Numbered from the stretch's first letter, positions 52,001 to 64,000 are shown. The stretch: 64,000 nucleotides of DNA from Paraspadella gotoi (GCA_051294375.1 CM119269.1:21732434-21796433); one strand, 5' to 3'. Program-made: numbers and translations. Notes: generated from the letters alone by a model not told the origin.

Positions 52001-53942
52001 AGAGAGAAGAAAGAGAGAGAGAGGAGAGAGAGTTGTGAGACTCTTTTCGCTTAATTCCTTATCGCGAATTCCTCGTGTTAAGGAAGGAAAGAGGATTGAC
52101 TTTCTCAAGTTTGCGCCAAAACGTTGAATTAAAGAAAGAAGAAGAGAAGGAAATAGAAAAAAGAAAAGAAAAGAAAAGAAAAGAAAAGGAAAAAAAGAAA
52201 TAAAATGGAAAAGGAAAGGGAAACGGGAAAAAAGAAAAAGAAAAAAGAAAAAAGAAATGGAAAAGAAAAGAAAAGAAAAGAAAGAAATAAGAAAAAAAAA
52301 GAAAAAAAGAATGAAAGAAAAGAAAAAAAAGATAAAGAAAAGAAAAAAAGAACAAAAAAGACAAGAAGAGAGAAAAAAAAAAGAAAAATGTAATAAGCAA
52401 AAAATGGTTCATTTTGCTGTCGCCCTCCATCAGTTAAAACAGTTTTTCTTTTTTCTTTTCCGTTGTTTTCTTTTCTTTTTTTACTTTCCTTTTTTCTTTT
52501 CTTTTTTACTTTCCTTTTTCTTTCTTTTTTCTTCTTTTTTCTTTCTCTCCCGAATCGACTCATCATATTTCGTTCCTTCCTTTTTTCCTCTTTCATCTCA
52601 TTTACTGGTTAACACATCATTTCCAGTCTCCACTTTTTCTCTTCTCTTTTTCTTCTTTCATTTCTTTTTTTCTCTTTTCTTATTTTTATTTTCCTTTTTC
52701 TGCTTTTTTTATTTCATTTCCGTTCTTCATCTCATTCTATTATCTCATATTCTAGTTATAAGATTTTATTTTTATAAAAATTGAAAAATTTACTCGTTTC
52801 ACACTTTTTTTAAGTTTAAGTATTTATTACTTATTATTTTGCCACATATTTTAATTTTTATTTTTATTTATATGTATTTAATTTTTAATTATCAGTTTTT
52901 TATTAACTTGTTTTTGATAATCTAAATCTGCAAAACCGTTAAAAACACAATATAATCGAATGAAGGGATTTTGTTTAATATTTTCTTTCTATATTTTTAT
53001 TTTCCATTCCTTTCTTTATATTAATCTTTTATATTTTTATATTTATTTTTTTTATTTTCGTCTTCATAATTTTGATTTTTTATAAACTTTACGCTTTTAA
53101 ACCTGTTTTTCCTTTTTTTTTTCTTTTTTTTTTTCCTTTCTTTAATCTTCCTCTCATCTCCTTTCTATCTCAATCTTCATCTTTTCTTCCTGCCATGTGA
53201 TTTGCCCTTTTTCTATTTTCCTTACTTCCATCCCCCTCCCCTTTTTTCACACCCCTCTCCCTCCCCCTCTTTCCCCTCTTCTCTCTCCTCCCTCGTTCTT
53301 CATCCCCCCCGTGACATTTTGCCGTCTGTTCCAATGCAATTTTGACTCCCGCGGTTGCAGTTACACACCCGGTGACCTCTCAACTGCGTTTTATGATGGC
53401 GCAACTCAAAAAAAAGCCTCACTCACGGTAGTCACGCAACCATTCCTCTTTTTTTCTTGTTTTTGTTGTTTTTTTTTTATTTTTCACTCATAAAAAAAAA
53501 TAATCACTTTATAAAGTTTAATGAGAAATTAAAATGTACATAATAATTAGCTTATTTTAGATTCTAAAGCTAAATAAAATGAAAAACAATTGGATACATT
53601 CGTTCCATCGATTTGTACGAAACATTACCCCAATTTACTAGCAGGAAATATTGTGTTTTAAAAAAAAATATTCCGATAAAAAATTAATTATTTATTCAAT
53701 ACTTAGCGTCTTGGGCCATATAACTTTGGACGGATATAGCAAGACGATGAAAGGTTCAAATCCCCCATCATACGAATAAATACAAATACATTGCTGGTTC
53801 CTTGTGTTCATGACTCTCTGTTCATTTTCATAACAAAGTTAAAAGTGAACAGTTGTTCTCTATCACGTCCAAAATCGTTTTCTCATCCCTTACCATTAGA
53901 GACAAAAAGGAGCGCTTCTCTCTTTCTTCTCTCTTCTCTCTA

Positions 53943-53976
<34 letters not shown>

Positions 53977-54056
53977 CTTCTCGTTCTCCCCTCGTCCTCC
54001 CGGTGGAGCGGCCATAAATCTTTTACAATTCCTTCAATCAAATCCTCCTTTTTCTT

Positions 54057-54132
<76 letters not shown>

Positions 54133-55631
54133 ATCTCACCCCTCCCCGCCAAAACACACGCACAGACGGGCGAAACAACTTCAGACTCCACTCAACACCC
54201 CTCTCTTTTCAACTTCACCCTTCCAACTCGGGCCTCCCCCCCCCCCGCAACCGATGACTAATCCTGACCTTTAAATTTCTTTCATTTACTAAGTACAGAG
54301 AGGACCAAGTTAAACCGATCGATAAAAAGGAAGAAGTAAAGAGACGCGACGAGGAATGAAAGAAAGAAAAAAGGAAAAAGGAGGGAAAAATAAAGGAAAT
54401 AGAATAGAAAAGATAAAATGAAGAAAGGTGAGAAATTAAAGATCAAAAGGTAAGAAAAACGAGGAAAAAGTAGAAAATCGACATGAGAAAGGAAAAAGGA
54501 AAAGAACAAAAAGAAGAAAAAGAGAGATAAAGAAGAAAGGAGAAGAAAAGGTGAAAAAAAGAAAAGTAGAAAAAAGAAAAGGAAGAGGAAAAGAAAAAAA
54601 AAGGGAAAAGAGAACAGTAGAAAAAGGGAAAAAAAAAGATGATCTTTCTATGGCGGCGATAAAATCTATGTTTAGTTAAATAAATCAACAACTACATTTT
54701 CATTTTCTTGAGGGCAATTATCTTAACTGTTATTCTTTGTCAACTCTTTATTCATTTCTAAATATAATTTATAATTTATTCAAAATTCATAGTGAGAAAT
54801 AAATAAAGAAGTTAAATCTACTGTTAACCAAAACTAATTGTAAATGTAGTGTTTGATTTCTTTGTTGTAATGGAGATTAATGGATTAATTTTATCATGGT
54901 TTATAAATTTGTTACCATAAACTAAGCTTCATTTTAACCGAATTAAAAGCGACTAAAACCGCGACGACGACGGAAAACGAGACGAAAACGACAACGAAAA
55001 AAACGATGAAGACGACGACGAAAACGACGCGAAACGACGACGAAAAACAACGACGGAAAACGACGACGATAAAAACGACAACGTTGCCTTTTTTTGTTCC
55101 ATTTTTTTCGATGGTCGATTAGTCTCTTCCGCTCCCATTTTCCGCTCCCGATTTCCGCTTCCATTTCCGCTTCTAAATTCCGCTTTGAGGGACAACCGCC
55201 TCAATCTAATTTGCATATTGCAAAATTTTTTCTCGTTTATCTTTGATCCCGCGCCCGTTTTGGAATCGGACCTGCCAGCGCCTTTTTTTTTTTTATGCAA
55301 GCAAAGAACTCTCTCTATCGTATCCTCGTTTCGTCCCTGTCCCGATTTTTCTGTTGTCTCAATGCCCCGTCTGAAACTCCCGCCCCATCTCCATCTCTTA
55401 GCGCGTTTATCACGTGACTAAAAATAAATTCAAAATAAAATAAAGGAGAATAAAAAAGGAAAGACTTCTCGCCATCGTTTTTGTAGCAAAAATAGGGAAA
55501 AAATCAAAATTATTTTTGAAGATAATATATTATATTACTTTATTATTTAGATAAGACTGAGAAGAGAGAGAGTCTGATTGAAAGCTGCAGGGTCCCGCAA
55601 GAGGGAAGCAAGTCTTAACCCATATAGTCAG

Positions 55632-56230
55632 TAAGGTGGAACAAGTAAAAACTAAGAGTTCTGTAATATAAATAACGTTAGAGCATCTCTGTGGGATGAC
55701 GAAATTTTTAAAAAATTAATTATTTTATGTATAGTTATAACATTGTTTGTACAAATTCATAAAAGCATTAAAGCTTATCGTATTACTATAAATTAATGAA
55801 TTTCTTTTTTAAATAAGAATTTTTTAAAAAACGGATTCGGTAGAGCTTGAAAAAATAAATAACAAATATTACTACAAGATTTTTCCTAATTTTTATGTTT
55901 TATGGTTAAAATTTAGAAGAAACTATAAAAATTATGGTACGATGAGTTTTTTATTATTGACCCACTTATCATCGAATTATGAAAACGCATTATACTTGTT
56001 TAGACAATTTTTTATGGGCTATCTGAATCCATTCTTAAAACTAATTTTTTTATAAAAAAAATGTTTCAATGTCTATGCATTGATAAATATTTATAATGCT
56101 TCAATGTTATACTTTGCTCATCACTCGTTAAAAGGTGATAAAAAATAATTGATTAAGTATATGATAGACAAATAAATTGTTATATTACAGAACTCTTAAT
56201 AATAAAAAGTGGTCAATTTTGGCCGCCTTA
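55632..56230. mobile_element. hAT-type element (family B end) with perfect 8-bp TSD ATAGTCAG and an internal 19-bp perfect inverted repeat
   Basis: ATAGTCAG|TAAGGTGG ... CCGCCTTA|ATAGTCAG. The right 30 bp are the reverse complement of the left end of 26599-27355. Inner IR taagagttctgtaatataa (55653-71) / ttatattacagaactctta (56180-98). Confidence 0.75.
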
Positions 56231-57941
56231 ATAGTCAGGGCAAGATAGCATATTTTTAAATGAACGAATAATTTATATTAGTTGTATCAATTTCATTAAA
56301 ATTTCCATCAAACAATTGTTTAATCTAACGTTAGTACTGATGATATCTAAAAATGTATAGTAAAACTCATTGTCAAACCTCATTCATGATATTAACCATG
56401 ATAGGAAAAAAAATTGTCGCGGTTTGGAAAAGTCGTTAATTTCATTGTCAAATACATTTTTTGGTCGGTAAATAGTTTTAATAGTATATGACCTCCCTAG
56501 GACTCAATAAAAGATTATTTTCAACAGCATAAAAATTTATTATGATTCAAATATGCAAAAGAGGTTGTCTCCAACTGTTTTCACCTTTTTTTTGATCAGA
56601 GGACTACACATAATATTACTAATATTATATCTCTGACAATTTTTTTTATACATTTAGGATAAAAAGTGTCCTTAGCAAGCAGTGAAAAGATTGGTCCCCT
56701 ATAAAGTAAACCAGGCTTGAGTTGTTGTTGCATAATTGATGATGATTGTCTCTCATTTCCAACAAATCTCTTTTTTTTCTTTTTTTTTACTTGTTTGATA
56801 TTTGGTTCAGATAATAGATCCAGAGGTAAATAAAAATGATAACTTTGCTCATAGAAAGGTTACCCGAGCATTAATAACTTTTATTTATACTACATTTTAC
56901 AATATAAAAGAATATTCTGGAGCATTTACAGTATTAATGTATTTTTAATGCCGCTATTTTTTTGACATATAATTAAGATTATCCCTGAATCTATCCTAAT
57001 GGAGATGATGCAATAACCATTTGACATGGACTGAAAAAGGCAGGGTTTTTAATAGTATTGGTTTAACATCAAAAAGTAATAAAAAAAACTGGAAATTAAG
57101 AATAAATGAATGTTTAGATATAAAAATATCAAAAAGAGAAAATTTTTTTGGAAACTCATTTTCTTTTGCATGGAACTCTTGTATTTTCTTGTCCGTACAT
57201 AAATGAGGCACAGCTCATATGATCACAAAAGACCAAATTTTCGATATGTAAGTTTTATTTTATTTCTTACATTAAAATGCCGAAAAATAGCTGGAAAGTA
57301 CCGCGACAATCATGGTACTTTCTTCTCGAGTTATGGTTTTCCAAAAAAATAAAATGGCCGCCGCCCACAAAAAAAACGCAAAATGACGAGAAGGACACAA
57401 TATTCATGCTGAAGAGAAAGAGACAAAAATATCGAAAGAACGCATTAACTTCTTTATTTCTTTTTCTTCTTTTCTCTTCTATTTCTTTTTTATAACATTT
57501 TTTATTATCGCTTTCTTTCTTTTTTTTCTTTGATGTAACACGTGTGAAGAAAGAAAAAAGGAATCAAGAAGAAATAACCACTTGAAAATTGGAGAAAAAA
57601 AGTGGAAAAGATGAAGAAACGAGAAAAAGGTTTATTGTCTCCATCAGTCTCGGTTTAGAGAAAAAAAATTAATAGTTTCTAAAAGTTAAAAACATTAACG
57701 TAACGTATTCACGTATAAAAAAGTTTTTTTTCCGGAATGATATCTGCTGTGATCTTCGAAATTTAATAAGTTTTAAACTATTCTACTACGTTAATGTTAG
57801 TAATAAAAAATAGACGGATGACCGACCGGAAAAAAAATTCGTCTAGAATTTCGTCGCGCCGAAAGAAAAAAAATGGGTTAAAAATATGGAGAAATAAATA
57901 TTCATTTGGTTTCCCTATCACTTGTCGGCGAGACGCCGAAA

Positions 57942-58361
57942 AAATCGGGCCGGGCGATGTCACTGCCTTTTTTTCAATTATTATTAATATTAATTATTAA
58001 TTAATTATATTAATTTTCAAATCGGGCCGGAGATGTCACTGCCTTTTTTTCAAATTATTATTAATTATTATTATTAATTAATTATTATTAATTTCAAATC
58101 GGCCGGGCGATGTCACTGCTTTTTTTTCAAATTATTATAATTATTATTATAATTAATTATTATTAATTTCAAATCGGGCCGGCGATGTCACTGCCTTTTT
58201 TCAAATTATTATTAATTATTATTATTAATTAATTATTATTAATTTTCCAAAACGGCCGGGCGATCACTCCTTTTTTTCAAATTATTATTATTATTTATTA
58301 TTATATTATTTATTAATTTTTCAATCGGGCCGGGCGAATGTCAATGCCTTTTTTTCAAATT
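57942..58361. repeat. ~77-bp minisatellite, 6 units
   Basis: Unit aaatcgggccgggcgatgtcactgcc-T(7-8)-caaa plus an (ATT/AATT)n spacer; starts near 57943, 58020, 58097, 58172, 58250, 58323. Confidence 0.92.
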
Positions 58362-58807
58362 ATCCGATGACAACAACAACGACGACGACGACAACAACAA
58401 TGAAATCGGAAATCATAAAATATTTCCTCCTTTTTTTGGAGGAAGGAAAAAAGTGTCTAGCTATCTCTGCCTAGATAGCATAGGCTATGTTATCTGTTAT
58501 ACTTATTTATATAATATTAATATTAATATTAATATTCATAATTCATTACTTATTTACTTACTATTTATGTTAATATTATTTATCTGTTAGTCTGTGTAAA
58601 ACTACTCCTTAATTTATTTATTTCAAATTATTAAAATTTTTTTTAATAAATTTACACAATTGTTCATAAGTTTTTTTAAAAAATTCCGCCGACGCTTCGT
58701 CACGCCGGTTCATGCTACGCCACGCGTCTCGTGACACGATACGCAACGCTCCACGTGCTACGTGACATGCTCCGCCAGTCTTTCTCTCCAATCTCAGCGT
58801 CGGATCT

Positions 58808-58993
58808 CAACAGCAACATCCAACTACAGCCAGACTCACCACGTATCACAACAGCAACACCAACTACAGCCAGATTCTCTGCGTATCACAACAGCAACAT
58901 CCAACTACAGCCAGACTCACCGCTTATCACAACAGCAACATCCAATTATAGCCAGACTCTCCTCGTATCACAACAGCAACATCCAACTACAGC
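58808..58993. repeat. 41-bp minisatellite, ~4.6 units (noisier, shorter copies at ~19210-19330 and ~46750-46870)
   Basis: Unit caacagcaacatccaactacagccagactcNNNNNNtatca at 58808, 58849, 58889, 58930, 58971. Confidence 0.92.
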
Positions 58994-58999
58994 GTGAAG

Positions 59000-59045
59000 A
59001 AGAGAGAAGAAGAGAGAAGAGAGAGGAGAGAGAAGAGGAGAAGAG

Positions 59046-59078
<33 letters not shown>

Positions 59079-59513
59079 AAGAAAAACTCCCTACGAAGCA
59101 AGAAAAAGTCCAAAGCTAAAAAGGCTCATCGTAAACCACGTCGGGACGGCTGCTAGTGGATGGTCTATTTGATCGCGATAGAGGAGATCTGGTAATTGGA
59201 GTTGCTTTTTTAAAGCGTGAGTCTCTGTATCGGATACGCAGAGAATCTGCGAGGTGTGCATGGTGAGTCTGGCTGTACAGACTCTCTCGCTGAGATTGGA
59301 GAGAAAACTGGCGGAGGCATTGTCACGTAGCACGTGACGTGTCGTATCACAACCGGCGTAGCATGAACCGCGTTACGGAAGCGGTTTCGGCGGAAAATTT
59401 TTTTAAAAATATCTTTTTTTTTTTGTAAAAAAAATCACTAGGGAATCTGGTGAGAAAAAAATTGGAGGAGAGAGAAAGAGAAGAGAGAAGAGAAAGAGAA
59501 AGAGGGAGAGAGG

Positions 59514-59559
<46 letters not shown>

Positions 59560-60191
59560 TAGGAGGCAGGTGAGAAGGCGGTGAAGGAGAGAGAGGGTGA
59601 AAATGATGTGTGTGATATGTGAAGAAGAAAAAAAAAGGTGAAAGTGGGAGGGAATTTGTGAAGTCGAGAGAAAGAGTGAAACCGGTTTAATCTTGAGTCA
59701 AAGAAGGATCAACGAGGAGGGACGCGATGGAGAGAAGAGAGGAGGAGAGAGGGATGAGAGAGAGAGAGGAGAGAGAGAGAGAGAAGAGATCTTGGATTTT
59801 TTTTTGTTCACGCGAATTATTTTAACGAGAAATCGTTTTTCGCTAATCATTGCTTGGGAGAGAAAGAGTGAGTGAGAGAATAGAGAGAGAGAGGATGAGA
59901 GAACAGAAGAGAGAGAAGAGAAAGAGAGATGAAGACGAAAGAAAGAGGTAGAGAGAGAGATGAAAGGCGGTGAAGCGGGAGTGAGAGTGAGAGTGACAGC
60001 TGAGATCGGGTTGAGAGAGAAAGAAGAGGGAAGTTTTGTCTTCAGTTTTAGACAAATATTTAGCAAGTTTTTATAAAGAAATAAATGAAAAGGTTAAGTT
60101 AAAATGGACTTGGGGTTTAAATCAGGGTCTAATTAAATTGACTTAGGTTCAATCAGGGTTCAATTAAATTGGACGTTAGAGTTTAATAGGT
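59000..60191. repeat. Third copy of the 19030-20412 segment, folded back on 58670-58993
   Basis: Direct match to 19030-20412, e.g. aatcagggttcaattaaatt; ~59160-59410 is the reverse complement of 58670-58993. Confidence 0.85.
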
Positions 60192-60653
60192 TGTTTGATC
60201 TTGTATCTAAAATAATCTAAAGTCGCTCGGCCACGAATTGAAGGTTTTACGAGGTTAAAAACATGTATTGACATCAAGTAAAAGCACGAATAAAACGAAT
60301 TAAATCAATTTAAAACAACTTAAATAACAGGTAAAAAACAGATTAAAAAACAAAGTAAAAACAATTAAAAACAAGGTAAAAATCGGTGCATCGCAAGTAT
60401 AACCTCCACTGGGTTTTAAAAACGGTTTGGCCGTCTATATTACCAATATCATTATGCGACTAATGAAACTACGACCAACGCGTTTCCTCAATGGGCTTGC
60501 CTGGCGCGGAAACCGCGGTAAAAAAGGAGAATTATTCTTCTCCCAATTCTCGACGGTGATGTCCAGGCCGCCAATCCAGGACCGCACGGGAAGAAGCTTG
60601 CATTTTTTGCGATCCAAAACGCGAGGGGAACCGCGCGGCCCAACACAGATACA
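60192..60653 (-). repeat. 3' LTR (462 bp) of the BEL/Pao element
   Basis: Minus strand begins TGTATCTG directly after the PPT and ends CAAGATCAAACA exactly where homology to the host repeat resumes. Confidence 0.85.
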
Positions 60654-60664
60654 CCCCCTCCCGC
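60654..60664 (-). promoter_or_regulatory. Polypurine tract
   Basis: GCGGGAGGGGG abutting the LTR's TGT. Confidence 0.85.
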
Positions 60665-61394
60665 AGCACGCCTTGCGAGCCGCTGGAAGTCCACGTGACT
60701 GCGTCTTCACCTGACCTGAAAAATGGATAAGGCGGCCCAACCTTACCATCTCGAGAACCCATCCTGTTGCCGATCACGCAATCTGCGACAGGGGGAGAGA
60801 AGGCAGAAGCAAGGGTGGATCCAGGAAGCTTCAAAAGGAGAATCAATAAGGGAAGGAACAATTCCGCCCTCCATCACAGACCCACTGGTCCCAGAAATCG
60901 ATCTCTCTCAAATCCACACCAGATGCCAATCTACGAATAAAATTCAATGAAAAGCGCGAATCCTCGACGCTAACCAATTCCATGAGCAAAATCATTTCGA
61001 ATATATGCCAGTCTAAAATACCGATCTTAAATCAACATTAATAAATCAAATCAAGGCAGCAAAACGTAATGCCCAGTCAAATGCAACAAGCACTATCATT
61101 AGCATGCCAGAGCATCTAGAGTAATCATCTACCGCCGTCCGACACTCGAAGTCTGCCGGGGCTGATCGAGCAGATCACAGATCAAGGGGAGGCGGAGGTT
61201 GCTTCCTTGGTCGTCCACGGCGTGTTGGAGTGGGAGGCACGCCTCAACTGCCGTCGTGGATGGGGGCTTCCCCCTCATCTGCTGACCGCCCAGGGCATCT
61301 CTGAGGATGCTATCATAACAGCTGGTTCCATTTCATGTCATTCAAGACCAAGCTGCTAAGTCTTTGGCATTTTCGCTCGCCACTGCGTTCATCA

Positions 61395-64000
61395 CATCAG
61401 CTTCAAGAAGCAACCAATCCGTACGATTCACGGTGAAGGCGCTTGCCTAAAGCGGTACGAACAATCACTCTCCGGACAATTCACGTCACAGGCATCGTCT
61501 CTTCAACTATCGCCATATTCCAGGGCGTCTCTCGCACAAGCTCGTTCACAACGAAGGTACAACATCTCCAAGGAGAGATTGCGCCTCGTCGCCATCCATT
61601 TCTGGCGCTTCTGCAAATCTCGGGAGATACTCAATTACGCCATCTCTTCCAGAAGGAATCGACAAGGCTCTGCGACTGCTTCCATATCTTTCTAAGGGCA
61701 TCACGACTTCCCTGGTGGAACAATCTCGAGATTGAGAGAGCAGGAACGTTAGGATGGAGAAAAGTCATTTAGGTGTAAGAGCCAAACGGTCCTAGGATCG
61801 TCCGACAACCCTAGTGATAGGACGCCCGGTTGAGGATGCCAGCGACCACAGCCACAAGGGTATTGAACACCTCAGGCCGAGATCATGGAACCTCTACGAT
61901 CAAGAGCAAACCCACATTGCCTCCTTACATGACCTCACAACCTCTCCCACACTCCACCCTGGTTGCGTGCCTGAGGTGCATTTAAAGCGCCACAAAAACC
62001 GCTGGTCAAGTGCTTGCCTCTGCAAAACAGCCCTGACGCTTTCTCAACTCCTCCTTCAACTCAACGATGCGCTCCCTTAAGTTTGATGCCGCAATCAGGA
62101 ACATGGACGGACTCCTGGGGTGCAATCGCCGTTAAAGCGCAGCAACGCCAAGATTGAAACTGTTCGTCGACAAGTCTCAACACCTCCAAGTGAACAGCGC
62201 GAGTCCGGAGACAAGGTGAAAGCGCCACCATCTTTTGTCGTGCCATCGACGACCCAATCGAACGTAAATGCGACCAAATAGGTCTACACGGTAGAGAGGA
62301 ATGGTGCTCGTGTCAACGACGATCGGTAGAAGCGGTGCCATTTTCTGTCAAGGGGTTGCGCTCGCTCTTCGGCAATGAAACAATTGCCATCTCATTGATC
62401 TTGGTGGCGAGCGCGCCCCCAATGATCCAGAACTTAGACCGAAGGGGGCAACGTGGCCTCCACCCCACTGCCGCCACTCTTCATGATACTTCTGAATCAG
62501 GTCCTTGACAAGGACTGGATGCGACGATGGGAGAATCCATGGGTGCCTAGTCTATAACTCCTCGTCCGCCTTGTCAAGTCTGCCACCAACCCTAAGGTGC
62601 CGGCATCATCAACAAAGGGGTCAAGGGCTTTCTCAGAGGCGATATTCCCCGATCGAAAGCTCTCGTCTCGGACATCTCTCCTAAAATCGCCCAAACGCTT
62701 CAATTCCTGCAGAGAATGACGCTGCGCAATAACCGGACCAAGGTCACCTCAGCACGCTCCAAGAGGATCAAGAGATATGCGAGGAAACCCTGAAGAGGTG
62801 GTCCAGAAACCGCTGCAGATCGAAATGCGTCGAAACGCTCTTTTCCATGTTGAAACATTCTCAAAGAGGCGGTCAACAAAGTCATCCTTCACAGCACTAG
62901 TAACATTAAGATGTCACTTCTGGCACGACGTAACTTCTTCGCGCTCTGCGTCAATCTGCTCCACTGGCAGCACTCGGGCAACTCTCGAGAACTGGGACCT
63001 GATGAGTTGGTACCCACTTCTCCTTCTCATCAAAGCCCTCAAGCCCCTGGAACATGTCAGCTGGATTAACGTTCCGTGGGGACATTTCTCACTGGATCAG
63101 GCGTCGCTCCTTTGCAGGATCTTTGTGAACGCGATTCGCAACCAAAAAGCCTTAAAAACGGGTCTCTGTATTGCGAATCGTTTCTAGGACACATGGAATC
63201 CGACCACAGAGTCAGCTGAGTCTGCTTCTCATCGAGTTCTTTGTCTAACAGACTGTAGAGGTCAACCGCCACGACTGCAGCATCAATTTCAAGACGCGGG
63301 AGGTCTCCTCAACAGCCTTGTTTCTCATGATATGGGTTGCCACCATCGATCTGCGAGGTCCAAAAACAAATATGACTTTGCCAGTGACACTCACAAAGCG
63401 AAGAAAGCACCGCCAACCATATTGCTTCCATGAAGGCATCACCAAACAGGTGGAGCTGCTGCAGCAACATCTCCAAACTCGATGGGAAGATGGTATCTCC
63501 TGAGCCTTAATTTTTCAAATCTCGCCAGGGAATCCTCTCCATTCCATGGAACAATCTAATCATCCTTGGGCAACCATGGATCATCCCAATGCACCCTTCT
63601 CACACCAAGCGCTTGAAGTATAGCTTTGGCAAAAAGATGGGCAGGGGAATACGATTCTAAGGGTCATACAGGGATGCTACCACCCATTCAACTGCCTTCT
63701 TAGGTCCTTCACTTCTCCCCCCTCCTTAAGGTGACTCACCTTAAAGGGCCAAAATCATCTGTGCCTCGATCATAAGCTACGCCAGGCCTTGCCCATCAGC
63801 TCATCAGGATCCTTCACCTCTTCAGGGTCTGATGGCCCACAATCTTCCCAATCTCCTGCCCCTCAGGCGTCATTCCATCGCCATTTGGTGAGTTGAAACC
63901 CACCCAGCCGGCAAACAACTCCTTGCAGTTCAATGTGACTTTCTTTTTAGCATCTTCAAAGATGCCTGACCATTTCATAATGTTCATCGACATTACAAGT
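61395..64000 (-). pseudogene. pol: BEL/Pao pol (RT C-terminus, RNase H, integrase, C-terminal DUF5641-like region), heavily frameshifted
   Basis: Motifs read across frames: GFQLTKW, LGVAYD, ASLYDPL, WDDP, QLHLFGDA, LWSDS, ANRVH, NPADM, LDPFVDDAGTL, TRAVHLE, APQARNQGGVWERL, ILNR, VRRVIVRT. Frameshifts may be read errors. Confidence 0.92.

Larger units (their letters stand above)
60192..64000 (-). mobile_element. BEL/Pao LTR retrotransposon, 3' half; continues beyond the window
   Basis: Pol motifs in BEL order plus PPT and a TGT...ACA LTR (see sub-features); GC content is clearly higher than the flank. Confidence 0.95.

Noticed and set aside
55551-55597. Penelope-type hammerhead ribozyme
   Set aside because: GAAAGCT follows a stem, but the CUGANGA core is missing in all copies.
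56300-57400. Degenerate transposase
   Set aside because: No DDE or zinc-finger motif could be recognised in any frame by eye.
58808-58993. CRISPR-like repeat-spacer array
   Set aside because: The variable part is only ~6-8 nt, there are no cas genes, and the context is eukaryotic; it is a minisatellite.

Overview
Eukaryotic, probably invertebrate, draft-assembly window. It is AT-rich with dense (GA)n/(GAAA)n/(GAC)n microsatellites, N-gaps and several stretches of raw, error-rich long-read sequence. Most ORFs in the supplied track are low-complexity artefacts. Supportable content: (i) Kelch-repeat (KLHDC1/2-like) exons at 1-1.6 kb, an Ig-domain gene fragment at 10.2-11.1 kb and a weak GPCR-like fragment at 48.5-48.9 kb, all on the minus strand; (ii) a frameshifted BEL/Pao LTR retrotransposon (RT end, RNase H, integrase, PPT, 462-bp LTR) at 60.2-64 kb with an AT-hook motif downstream of integrase; (iii) a second LTR family with a tRNA-Leu PBS 30 nt long; (iv) several non-autonomous hAT-type elements with 8-bp TSDs, two sharing the target ATAGTCAG; (v) a recurring degenerate-TTAGGG plus 31-bp-array module and several minisatellites. 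About 18.3-47.7 kb forms a giant imperfect palindrome with further local fold-backs. This may be amplification or long-read chimerism, but the copies differ by precise TE presence/absence. I cannot demonstrate a new biological system; the best leads are the TE targeting and priming oddities. All alignments were done by eye.
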